Shown here: positions 9,786 through 19,903 of the stretch, piece after piece | How the letters are laid out: each line of letters starts with the position of its first letter | Numbering within the stretch: position 1 is the first letter of the stretch | Source of the DNA: an uncultured virus (IMG/VR IMGVR_UViG_3300027779_000002) | Lineage: Duplodnaviria > Heunggongvirae > Uroviricota > Caudoviricetes | DNA: 64,000 nucleotides | Strand: one strand, 5' to 3' | IMG/VR virus record: IMGVR_UViG_3300027779_000002 | Made by a program: the position numbers and the translations under genes | The notes under the pieces: generated by a model | What the model was told of the DNA's origin: nothing | Databases searched by the model: none | The model's input: the letters and a program-made list of their open reading frames with translations, nothing else

Positions 9786-10188
9786 AAATGAAAAAGATTT
9801 AGAAAGAGAAAAGAAAGCTATCAAGACATTTGTAACAAAATTTAACGGTAGCTTTAAAAAACTTGACCGAAACGATATAGACTTTAAAATTTTTGATAGT
9901 AAAGGAAATCATATATCTTATGCAGAAGTAAAAGGTAAATTAGCTAGCATTAAAGATGCTTTTCCTCTTCCTGTTGCAGCTAGAAAACTTGTAAAACTTG
10001 CTGATAAAAGATTAAACCCTGTTATGATATGGAGTTGTTTTGATGGTATAATATACTGTCAAGTAAAACATATGAGAGGATTAGTTACATGGGGTGGTAG
10101 AAAACCAAGAACTCATTCATACAACGACCAAGAATTAATGATTTACTTTAATAAAAAAGATTCTCCTTTTAAAATTATTTATTTTTAA
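9775..10188 (+). CDS. PD-(D/E)XK-type nuclease-like protein
   Basis: DIDF...YAEVKG motif. Confidence 0.55.
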   Translation: MRFENEKDLEREKKAIKTFVTKFNGSFKKLDRNDIDFKIFDSKGNHISYAEVKGKLASIKDAFPLPVAARKLVKLADKRLNPVMIWSCFDGIIYCQVKHMRGLVTWGGRKPRTHSYNDQELMIYFNKKDSPFKIIYF

Positions 10189-13100
10189 GTTTTTTTCTCT
10201 TTCTTTCGTACTCTAATAATTTTTGGTAAAGTTTAGGATTATATTTTTTCAAGAGTGTTTTGTCTATTTTTTGCACCTTCTTTTCTCCTCCTGATTTTCT
10301 TTTTCCTGATTCAGGTCTTTGTGATTGCGGCACACCTAACATATCATAAATATATGTTTCGGTTTCATCTCCATTCATTATTATATTATATAAACCTTCA
10401 AAGAAATCAAATTGAAATCCTACTCCAAATTCTGTTGCAGGTTTTAAACCGTTTAAAATCTCACCATTTTCAAATTCACGCATTATTTCTCGAACTATTC
10501 TTTCAACAGGTTCAACAGTAGTTTGATTTCTTTCAAAAGCTGTCATTTTTCTTCCATTTACAAGTTCAAAAATAAATGCATTTATTGTACCACCTAGTAC
10601 AGGAATTTGTTCTATTTGTGTTGAACCATACTGAGCTAATTTTATTTTGTCATAAACTTTTTCTTTCTCTTCATCACTACCTCTCATTAAAATAACCATT
10701 CCTGATGCCGCAGCAAATAACATATTTGCTATAGCTCCTGATAATAATAATCCTCTGACATCTTCTTGTTTTACTTTATTTTCATTAGAAAAAGCTTCTT
10801 TAAAATTACCTTTTAGAATTTGTTCTCCCTGATTAGCAAGACTTCTACTGATGTTTCTAGCTCTCATTGCACTTTCATTCAATTGTAAAAGCATTGTACT
10901 TCCAAATGTAGTAAACAATCTTAATAAGCCACCTTCCATTTGAAGACCACCTTTATCCATATCTCTTCTAGACTGTTGTGTCATGTTGTATTCAATAAAT
11001 TTCATGGTAGCATCTACTTCAGTCATTCCATTTGCTATGTCTTGATTATATGTAGCTAAATAACCAAGCACACCTAATATATCTCCTATTGTAGTACCTG
11101 CTCCTAAAAAAGCATTTAATTTTTCACTTAATTGTCTTGGTGTAAGTTCTGTTTTATTCAATCCCGGCAATTTCATTAGAAAAGACAATCCTTTTTCACC
11201 AATAGCTACTTGTGTATTCAATCCTAATTTTTGACCTGACTCTAATTCTGCTATACTAGCTCCTTTGAGAGCATCATTCATTCTTTTTTCAAACCCTGCT
11301 GATATTCGTTTAGCTGTTTTAATTCCACCTTCTTTTCCTAAAGATGTCATAGCTAAAACTTGAGCATATCTAAACACAAACATTAATCCATCTAAAGGAA
11401 GTGAAGGTATGCTTGCTGCTAAACCTGTTATTCCACCTTTTTTTCTAGCTCTTCCTAATGCACCTAGAATTCCGGGTTGTTCTGTAGAAAAATTAGTAAA
11501 CGCCATAATAGATGATGTCGCTTGTTTAGGTATTTGCATCAATTTTAAATTAAGTGTATAAGAGATAAACCCTCCCATTAAATAATTTATTAAACCATTC
11601 ATTTTTGTAGAATTACCAAGCGTACCATTAATAGAATAATTTAATAATTTATTAACAAGGTCTGTACTTCCTGTTGCATCTAATAAATTAGCTATAGATG
11701 GAACTTTCAAAAGTTTATTAAATAAAGAAACAGTATCGGCATAAGCCTTATACCTTTCCATCTCTTGAATATGATTGTTTAATTTATTTGTAAAACTAGA
11801 ATTTAAATCAAGAGGTCCTTTGTTTCCTCTTGTTTTTACACTACCCGGTGAGTTACCTTTAAATGCTGAACCGTAGTTACTAGGGTTTTGTAAATCTGCT
11901 TGTTGACTTTTTCTTGAATCAAACTGTACAGCTACAGGAAAATACTCTTGTATTTTTTCAAGAGATACATCATTATTTTTTATATACACATCATTAACAC
12001 CTTCAAAATAAGTGTTAGTTAACCATTCTACAACACCGTCTACATATGCAACTAATTTATTTCCTAAATGTTTTTGTATTTTTTCTATAATTTCGTCTGT
12101 TATGCCTTGTTCTATCTGACGTTTTCTTGTGTCATTATTTTTACTATAAGCATACATACTCATTAACATGTCAGCATTAAAAAGTTTTATTTGACCTTCA
12201 ATTATTAATTCTAAATTTGGTTTACTGTATATTTCTTGTGGTACTCCTTTGACTCTGCCTTTAGTTATACCGGCATTTTTTGCTATGTTATCTAATTCAG
12301 TATTACTATTTCTTATACCTTCTTCTCTATTAAAATCAGAAGTTGTTAATCTTTTTTGAAACACTTTAGTAAAGAACTTTCCTTTACGACCATCAAGCAT
12401 ATTAAATACTGTTCCTGTATGAGATAATAAACCGTCAAAAAATTGTCTTAACGTTGTAACAGGATTCACACTTGCACCTACATTTTTATATCCACTAAAA
12501 AATTGTTGTGCATATTCTCTTGCAGTTTTTACAAATCCATTATCTTTTAAAGAAGTTAATATATTTTTTCTATTATTATTAATTTCTTCAGGAGTTAATG
12601 GTCTACCATCTTTATCGAATAAAAAAGAATTGTCTGCAAAAATAGCTTTATCGGCTTGTTTTTCATATGCTGCAGCTTCTTTTCTTCTGTTATCAATTCT
12701 ATCTAAAAGTTTTTTTCTAGATTCTTTTGTCTCTTCTTTTAAAGCTTGAAACATGTCTTCGAGTTCAGCTAAGGACATTTCATTTATATTCCCCATTCTT
12801 GAAAAAGCTTCTACTTCAGCTAAAAGCGTAACTTGGTCTGAATTTAAAATATTTTTAGAATTTAAATCGTCAGCCAAAGCTTCATCGATTTCTGATTCTT
12901 TTTTAGCAAGTTCCTCTTGTTTAGAAATTAATTCATCAGGTGACATCTGCATCAATCTATCTACAGCTTTAAAAAACTCCATACCTCTGTACTCAACAGT
13001 TCCTGCTTTAGGTTTCTTATTACTTTTTTTAGCTGTACTTTTGGATTTAACGTAATCTGAAATTTTATTTCTTAAATCTTTAATATCTTTTGCTATAATT

Positions 13101-16100
13101 ACATCTGCTATATCTTGAACTTCTAATACAGTTGCTCTAAAGTTATCTTCATTTACCTTAGCCATCTTTTTTATTAATCTATCTAACTTAGCTTTATTAA
13201 TATTATCTGACTTAGGAATTAGTGCTTGTATTACGTTTTGTAATTTATTTCTAGTAGCTAAATTAACTTTGTCTTGTTTTTTACGACCTCTTAATTCAGA
13301 AAGAATTTCATTTATTTCTCTTTGTGTTTGCACACCTGCCTTGCTTCCTAACATCTTATCATAAGCAATAATTAAATTTTGTCTATCTAATTCAGGTAAA
13401 CTTTTAAATTTTTTATTATTTTCAATTTCTTTTTTTCTTGCTTCTCTTTCTGATTTATTATTAGTACGTTTACCTTCAGCTTTTTCTTTTGCTTGTCTAG
13501 CTTCACGAACTTGGTCTAGTTCTTGCAGGATTTCTCTACCAACATTTATACCACCCTCTATATTAGCAAACGCAGGAGGTACTTTTATGTTTATAGCCAT
13601 ATCCTCTACTGCTTTTTTAGCGTCTGTTTTAGATAATTTATTTCTTCTAACTAATACTTCAATTATTTGATTTTGTGTAAATCCTGATTGTCTACCTCGA
13701 TAGATAATGTCTTCTGTTGATAAACCTTTTTTAAATGCTAATTCAGGATTTTTTAAAGCTTTCTTTTGTATATCAGTTAAAGCTATTTCTTTACCACTAA
13801 ATATATCTGCTAGTGCAGTTCCAATAAACTTATCAAGATTCATGTCTTGAATCTCTTGTTCAGTTAAATCTTTAGACATTTTAAATTGACTCTTGATATA
13901 CTTCCACATACCAAATAGCCATTCTTTAAATTTAGAAAGTAATGTTGAATTAGCAATAGTTTCTCCCTCGTTACCTATTAAAATAGCCATAGTTTCGTCA
14001 GCTGCTTTTTTAGAATCGCCATCAAACTTTTTTAATTGTTTTTTATATTCATCTGTTTTGCTAATTAACTCTACACCTCTTGCATATATACGTTTACCTT
14101 TACGAGTTGTTTGTAAATAGTCAGTCCAAATGTGACCCATCTCATGTATTGCTGTATTATATAAAGAGCTTTCAGTATTATGTACATCAGGATTTATATA
14201 TATATCTCCATTTTTAGTAACACCATATATTATTTCATTACCTTTTAAATACTTTTGAGTACCGGGTTCATTTATAACTTGCTGAAACACTTCACTATCT
14301 ACACTCATCATTACACTAGGGAAAGATTTGTTAATGAAGTTTACAAGTTTATTTATATTACTTTGGTCGTAGTTAGCTAATGCACCTATATAATCTTTAG
14401 AAGCTATACCAATACCAATTCCTGTTTGATTAGTTCTTAATTGTTTACCTGTAACTTTTGTGCTAGGTTTTTTAACTTTTTTGCCTTTTACTTTCTTTTC
14501 AGAAGGTTTTTGTTCTTTTTCTATTAAACTTCCTAAAGCTTTTTCATATGCTATAGGATAAGCTTTCTCCATTGCAACCGGATTAGATAAAACTCCTATT
14601 GATTTTCCTTTAGGTGCAAACGGATAGTTAAGATGATTAGATTTAAGAACTTCAGGATTTAAAACATCTACACCTACAACACCAATTATACTTAACTCAG
14701 ACACATTTTTTAATTGTGGGTCTGTAATAATTTCTGCAATGCTTCCAATGTTAACTAATTTGTTATTAGATTTATCTTGATTCTCCATTAAAGCTCTAGT
14801 AACTGTAGAATTTTCACTAATTGTACCTGCATTTTTAGTTTCACCCGGTTTATTAGGCTTTCCGTACCCTATTATATTCATAAGATTAACCCTTGCACCT
14901 AACGAAAGTTTATTAATAAATTCAGGAGCTACCACATTATCAATTGATTGAATGTTGTCAGCTTCTAACAATGCTATTATATCATTAAAGGGTTTCTTTT
15001 TCTCTGCCTTGTCTCTTCTACTAATAATTTCTTCTTTTAAAGTTTTTAATGCTTTAACTCTATTTTCTTCAGGTAACTTAGTAAGATTGTCAGCTAACAC
15101 TCTAAACATAGCTTCATTAGAAACAATACCATCTTCAGCCATTTTAACTACATTGACCATAACTAAGCCATTGTATTCAGGGTTTTCGTTCCAAAAATTA
15201 TCATAAACTTTTTTATTGTTATTATATACAGTTTGAGCTTTATTAATCATTCCTTGAGCATTCTTTTCTGTAGTACTTGCCCAAGCAGCGTTTTCATTTC
15301 CTACCGTACCATTAAACCCTATAGCTCCTTTTAAATTATCTATTGTGTTTCCTGTATTTGGATTTGTAGCGTTTCCTGTTGTAAGTTGGTCAGATATAGT
15401 AAATGAAGTTGGTAAATTATTTACAACATCAAAAGATATTTCATTTAATTTGTTATCTGTTCTATTATTTAATTCATTAACATCTATAGATACACTTTCT
15501 TCATCTCTTTCAATTTTAACATTTACGTTATCACTTTCAAGTTCATTAATTTTTTGTGTAATAGATTCAACTTTTTCTCTACTTGGTTCAGTTACAGCAT
15601 CATCTTTCAATCTAAAATTAACTGATTCTTCTGCATCTAGTTGTTGTTCAAATCTTTCTACAGCTTCTATGTCTACATCTTCAGTTGTTTCTGATTCATA
15701 AACAATTTCAAAAGTTCCGTCAGGATTAATTTTTTCTATAACAGACACATCTGCTAGTGTATAACCTCCTTGTATATGACCATCAACATCATTTTTCATA
15801 CGAAGCTTATTGTCAGGTAAAGCAGAATCTATTACATCTCCTTTATAAGTTACTCTATATTCAGCATCTGTAGCTGTCGTAACTTCTTCTGAGTTTGTAA
15901 CATCTACACCAACAGATTTATTTTTACCTTCAATAGTTTCATTATTATTAAGAGCATCAAGTTCAGATTTTCCTACAAATCTATAAGTAGGTTTAAACTT
16001 CCATTCAATTCCATACTTCTCAAACTTTTTTTGTGCTTCTACATCACCATTTCTTGCTTTTTGTAAATCAGTTATTTCTTCTTGGTTACTTTCTCCGGGA

Positions 16101-19100
16101 GATTCTTGATTTTCACCGGATACTTGTTCTTCCATTTGTTGAAAATTGTACGTTTGTTGGCTGCTAACCACCTCGCCTGTCTCTTGCTTTGTATCGGCAT
16201 CTGTTTCTATTTTAATTAATTCAGATGGGTCAAGGTCTATCCCTAACATATCTGCTTCTTTCTTTTTTAAATAATTTATTTTTTGAGCTACTATAGTTGA
16301 CAATTCCTTTCCTAAACTTTCATTATCAAAAACTTGTATACCAACAGCTGTACGCCAATCGGTCATTTTATTTATAGCTTTTTTAAATACATTTTCATCT
16401 TCAGTTGCCATGTTACCAACTCTAAATGTAGGAGGTCGTCTATTAAAAGTATTAATTTTAGCAACATCATTACCTGCTAGACCGCTAGTTAAATCTGTTG
16501 TTTTATTAGAGACTTCTCCCATAACAACAGTACTAGCTATTTCTAAATTTATTTCTTTTAGTTTGTCTTTATATATTTCTCTTCTATTTACATCAGAACT
16601 TAGTATTTCTTTAGCATTTATTAACTGCATCAATCTTGATATTACAGGTGGAGCTGCATCCGGTGCTAACTCTACAGCATTTCTTTTAATACCAACATTT
16701 TTCTTAACATTTTGACCTTGAGCTTCATCAATTCTTCCTGTTTTAATCATTTTATTAATATAATCCACTATTTGTTCGTCTGTAGCTTCAGTATAATTAG
16801 CTATAAAATCAGGATTAGTAAGATTTTGATAAAATTGTTTTTGTTTTGATTCTCTATTTATTAGCATCATATTTACAGCACCATTAGAAGTTTGAGTTCC
16901 GAAACTTCCTCCCATTTCTGCAACTATTTCTTTACCATCAAATGTAGTTCTTCCTGTTTGAAACATAATTTCACTTGCTTGTGCAGAAACTTCACTTAAT
17001 GCTTCACCACCTACTCCTATAGCTGCTTCTCCAAATAATGCTGCTCCTACATTTACAGCTCCTCTAGCTGAAATAACAGGATTAGTTGCACTTAAAAGTT
17101 TGCCTGCTAAACCTGCTGTAAAATAACTAACAGTAGCAATTGGTATACCTCTTGCATGACCTTGTGCACTAGCTTTTTTCCACATCGCCCCATCCATCAA
17201 AGCTGTTTCTACATCCATAGGATTAGTCAGGTCATAACCCATATTAGTCATGGTTTCCATTACTGCATTGGTATATTCCATTGCGTAAGCTGTTGCAGCA
17301 AAACCTGTTCTTAAACCATATCCAAAACCTGTTAAAGCACCTCCTCCAACTGTTAGGGGATTACCACCTAAAAGACCATAACCCGCTCCTGTTCCTGCTC
17401 CTGCTGCTCCTGAAACTGTAACTATTTGCGTTCCGTATTCTAACATTTGTCCTATACTATTAGCCGACAATTGCAACGCCCACTCTGCAGGGTCGTTTTG
17501 TATAACATTGAATATCTCTTCCCATGAGTTAGCATTGTTCCATGCTAACATAGTTCTTGTATCGCCTTTAGACGCTTTATTTCTTACTCCCTCTACAATA
17601 GCTCTCGCTACAGACTTAACATCATTAGGGTCAACCGTAGCACTTCCAAAGTCTAAGAAATCCATTCCCAAACTATATTGTAAAATAGCATTTAATGAAT
17701 TACCCTGTTCAATACCTTTGCTACCTTCTAGAAAAAACCCTTTAAATTCGTTATCTTCATAGCCGGACGCTTGTACATTTTTGTTTTCCATTCTATTGAA
17801 ATACAAATAAGCATTCTCATATTTTGCTCTAGCCATTTTTTTCTCCATTTGAAGATTTAAATAACCTGTATAAAGATTAACAGCGTTTTGTTGTTGACTT
17901 GGTAATGTTATTGTAGATGCTATTTTAGGAATATTATAAACCTTAGATTGAAATTCTAATAAAGATTCTTTATCTAGTGCTTTTTCTTGTTCAACAATTT
18001 CAATAACTCTGTTTTTAGCTACTGTTGATTTTTCATCAAATGCTTTTCTTAATACAACATCAAAATCTTCTCTTGTTCTTCTAATATTTTCTCTATCTAA
18101 AGTTCCATTTAATACAGTTCTTTTTGCAATTAAATCTTTTTGATATTGTTGTAAATCATCTATTATAACTCCACCACTAAATAAATGAGCATATTTTTTT
18201 TGATTTGCTTTATTTAAATCAGTTAGTTGCATTGTTAAACCTGCAGTATTTTCTTTTGGTACATTACTTCGACCAAAAGTTTCAAGTGGTTGGTCTTCAA
18301 TTATAGTATTAATAAAATTAATTTCATCATTAAGTTTATCGTATTCATTTTCTGCATCGTGAAGAGGAAAATAATTTAATCCTCTTTCTTTGTAAAAAGT
18401 ATTTGCTTCTAAATCAATTAAACTTACTTCCTTCCATGAACCTCTTGCAAAATTATCAGCTTCTTCTTCTGTGTCAAACTCAAACACTTCACCTCTTTTT
18501 TTAGCTAAATTTAATGCTTCAAGTCCTTTTAATTCAACCCATGAAGAAGAATATTTAGATTGATTGTTATCATCTTTAGGAAATAAAGTAGGAGCTACAA
18601 TATACTTACCGTCTTCTTCAAATGTAGCCATTAAATGAGATGATTGAGTACCATCATTATTTGTTCTAGCACCTTTTCTCATTTCTTGTGCACGCTGAGA
18701 TTGAGATAAAAACTCTTCTTCTTCTTTAAAATCTTTATTTTCAGGGTTTGCATTTAATAAAACAAAATCTTTTAAATCATTTGCTTCAGATATATCGGAA
18801 AAATTTGAATCTATATCTATTTTTATTGTAGCGTTTCCATTAGCTGTAGTCACATGCATACCACCCCCGAAATATGATTTAGTAAATATTAATCCATACT
18901 CACTAAACTCTTGATTCATTTTTTCTATTGTAGCTGTATTGTCACTTTGACCAACAAAATCAGGAGTTATTATAGATGAAATTTTATTTTTTAATTCTAA
19001 CTCATCTTCTTCATCAAACATTTGGTCAAGTGTTCTTATCCCTTTATTTTGTAAATCTGATTTTAAATTAAGTTTATAATCGCTTTTTTCTTTTGTTTCA

Positions 19101-19885
19101 ATTTTCTTTTTTACACCTTCATATATTTTAACACCTTCTTTCTTTCCATATTCTTCTATGTAGAAATTTTCTGTTTTATACTTCTCAGACTCATTTTGGT
19201 ATTGGTCATAAAAATTATCTGATAGGGTTTGATATTTATCGGCTTTATTTAATAAATAATCTTTAAATAGGTTATTAATTGTAAATTCTGTTTCTTCTTT
19301 AGTAAGCACAGGCATATCGTCAGGAGTGCTAACTTCTGTCAGCGCAGACTCCTCCTCTGTTAAAGGATACCCATCCCTTTGGTATATAGCAGATTGTGCT
19401 CCCTCTATATCTTCATATAGTTCTTTATCCTTGTCAGATAAGTCTTCATATTTTTCAGGTAATTGATTTAGTAATTTAGTTGTTTCTGCATTCCAAAGGT
19501 TTAGTTTGTTTCTTGCTTCTGTAGTTTTTTTATCGTCACCCTCTACAGCAGGATTATAGCCTAATGAGTTTGGTCCAAACTTTTTTAAGGAATCCGCAGG
19601 GTCTCCAATTGACAAATCTGCATTTTCTTCCACCACCGGTTCTTCTGTAGTATCTTTTTCCACCACCGGTTCTTCTGATACTTTTTTTTTTAATGGGTCG
19701 TTAACACCTACTAAATTAGCAAACGCAGTTCTATCTCCTGCATATCCTGTAGATGTAAAAGCGTCATAACCTTGTGTAAAAGCTTCTTCATTAGATGACA
19801 TTAAGTCTATAAACATTTGTCTATCTCCTTCATATCCTGTATTAACAAAACTTTCGTAAAGTTGTTTAAAAGCTTCTTCGTTCAT
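10175..19885 (-). CDS. giant virion/ejection (polyvalent-type) protein with zincin motif
   Basis: 3236 aa at the end of the structural operon; HEMGH at 14132-14146; Gly/Ala-rich hydrophobic region. Confidence 0.7.
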   Translation of the reverse strand: MNEEAFKQLYESFVNTGYEGDRQMFIDLMSSNEEAFTQGYDAFTSTGYAGDRTAFANLVGVNDPLKKKVSEEPVVEKDTTEEPVVEENADLSIGDPADSLKKFGPNSLGYNPAVEGDDKKTTEARNKLNLWNAETTKLLNQLPEKYEDLSDKDKELYEDIEGAQSAIYQRDGYPLTEEESALTEVSTPDDMPVLTKEETEFTINNLFKDYLLNKADKYQTLSDNFYDQYQNESEKYKTENFYIEEYGKKEGVKIYEGVKKKIETKEKSDYKLNLKSDLQNKGIRTLDQMFDEEDELELKNKISSIITPDFVGQSDNTATIEKMNQEFSEYGLIFTKSYFGGGMHVTTANGNATIKIDIDSNFSDISEANDLKDFVLLNANPENKDFKEEEEFLSQSQRAQEMRKGARTNNDGTQSSHLMATFEEDGKYIVAPTLFPKDDNNQSKYSSSWVELKGLEALNLAKKRGEVFEFDTEEEADNFARGSWKEVSLIDLEANTFYKERGLNYFPLHDAENEYDKLNDEINFINTIIEDQPLETFGRSNVPKENTAGLTMQLTDLNKANQKKYAHLFSGGVIIDDLQQYQKDLIAKRTVLNGTLDRENIRRTREDFDVVLRKAFDEKSTVAKNRVIEIVEQEKALDKESLLEFQSKVYNIPKIASTITLPSQQQNAVNLYTGYLNLQMEKKMARAKYENAYLYFNRMENKNVQASGYEDNEFKGFFLEGSKGIEQGNSLNAILQYSLGMDFLDFGSATVDPNDVKSVARAIVEGVRNKASKGDTRTMLAWNNANSWEEIFNVIQNDPAEWALQLSANSIGQMLEYGTQIVTVSGAAGAGTGAGYGLLGGNPLTVGGGALTGFGYGLRTGFAATAYAMEYTNAVMETMTNMGYDLTNPMDVETALMDGAMWKKASAQGHARGIPIATVSYFTAGLAGKLLSATNPVISARGAVNVGAALFGEAAIGVGGEALSEVSAQASEIMFQTGRTTFDGKEIVAEMGGSFGTQTSNGAVNMMLINRESKQKQFYQNLTNPDFIANYTEATDEQIVDYINKMIKTGRIDEAQGQNVKKNVGIKRNAVELAPDAAPPVISRLMQLINAKEILSSDVNRREIYKDKLKEINLEIASTVVMGEVSNKTTDLTSGLAGNDVAKINTFNRRPPTFRVGNMATEDENVFKKAINKMTDWRTAVGIQVFDNESLGKELSTIVAQKINYLKKKEADMLGIDLDPSELIKIETDADTKQETGEVVSSQQTYNFQQMEEQVSGENQESPGESNQEEITDLQKARNGDVEAQKKFEKYGIEWKFKPTYRFVGKSELDALNNNETIEGKNKSVGVDVTNSEEVTTATDAEYRVTYKGDVIDSALPDNKLRMKNDVDGHIQGGYTLADVSVIEKINPDGTFEIVYESETTEDVDIEAVERFEQQLDAEESVNFRLKDDAVTEPSREKVESITQKINELESDNVNVKIERDEESVSIDVNELNNRTDNKLNEISFDVVNNLPTSFTISDQLTTGNATNPNTGNTIDNLKGAIGFNGTVGNENAAWASTTEKNAQGMINKAQTVYNNNKKVYDNFWNENPEYNGLVMVNVVKMAEDGIVSNEAMFRVLADNLTKLPEENRVKALKTLKEEIISRRDKAEKKKPFNDIIALLEADNIQSIDNVVAPEFINKLSLGARVNLMNIIGYGKPNKPGETKNAGTISENSTVTRALMENQDKSNNKLVNIGSIAEIITDPQLKNVSELSIIGVVGVDVLNPEVLKSNHLNYPFAPKGKSIGVLSNPVAMEKAYPIAYEKALGSLIEKEQKPSEKKVKGKKVKKPSTKVTGKQLRTNQTGIGIGIASKDYIGALANYDQSNINKLVNFINKSFPSVMMSVDSEVFQQVINEPGTQKYLKGNEIIYGVTKNGDIYINPDVHNTESSLYNTAIHEMGHIWTDYLQTTRKGKRIYARGVELISKTDEYKKQLKKFDGDSKKAADETMAILIGNEGETIANSTLLSKFKEWLFGMWKYIKSQFKMSKDLTEQEIQDMNLDKFIGTALADIFSGKEIALTDIQKKALKNPELAFKKGLSTEDIIYRGRQSGFTQNQIIEVLVRRNKLSKTDAKKAVEDMAINIKVPPAFANIEGGINVGREILQELDQVREARQAKEKAEGKRTNNKSEREARKKEIENNKKFKSLPELDRQNLIIAYDKMLGSKAGVQTQREINEILSELRGRKKQDKVNLATRNKLQNVIQALIPKSDNINKAKLDRLIKKMAKVNEDNFRATVLEVQDIADVIIAKDIKDLRNKISDYVKSKSTAKKSNKKPKAGTVEYRGMEFFKAVDRLMQMSPDELISKQEELAKKESEIDEALADDLNSKNILNSDQVTLLAEVEAFSRMGNINEMSLAELEDMFQALKEETKESRKKLLDRIDNRRKEAAAYEKQADKAIFADNSFLFDKDGRPLTPEEINNNRKNILTSLKDNGFVKTAREYAQQFFSGYKNVGASVNPVTTLRQFFDGLLSHTGTVFNMLDGRKGKFFTKVFQKRLTTSDFNREEGIRNSNTELDNIAKNAGITKGRVKGVPQEIYSKPNLELIIEGQIKLFNADMLMSMYAYSKNNDTRKRQIEQGITDEIIEKIQKHLGNKLVAYVDGVVEWLTNTYFEGVNDVYIKNNDVSLEKIQEYFPVAVQFDSRKSQQADLQNPSNYGSAFKGNSPGSVKTRGNKGPLDLNSSFTNKLNNHIQEMERYKAYADTVSLFNKLLKVPSIANLLDATGSTDLVNKLLNYSINGTLGNSTKMNGLINYLMGGFISYTLNLKLMQIPKQATSSIMAFTNFSTEQPGILGALGRARKKGGITGLAASIPSLPLDGLMFVFRYAQVLAMTSLGKEGGIKTAKRISAGFEKRMNDALKGASIAELESGQKLGLNTQVAIGEKGLSFLMKLPGLNKTELTPRQLSEKLNAFLGAGTTIGDILGVLGYLATYNQDIANGMTEVDATMKFIEYNMTQQSRRDMDKGGLQMEGGLLRLFTTFGSTMLLQLNESAMRARNISRSLANQGEQILKGNFKEAFSNENKVKQEDVRGLLLSGAIANMLFAAASGMVILMRGSDEEKEKVYDKIKLAQYGSTQIEQIPVLGGTINAFIFELVNGRKMTAFERNQTTVEPVERIVREIMREFENGEILNGLKPATEFGVGFQFDFFEGLYNIIMNGDETETYIYDMLGVPQSQRPESGKRKSGGEKKVQKIDKTLLKKYNPKLYQKLLEYERKRKKLKNK

Positions 19886-19903
19886 AACTTTATTTAAAAA
19901 TTA

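Noticed and set aside
10175..19885. Virion RNA polymerase as in crAss-like phages
   Set aside because: No DxDxD catalytic motif found by eye (KFDGD lacks the first Asp)
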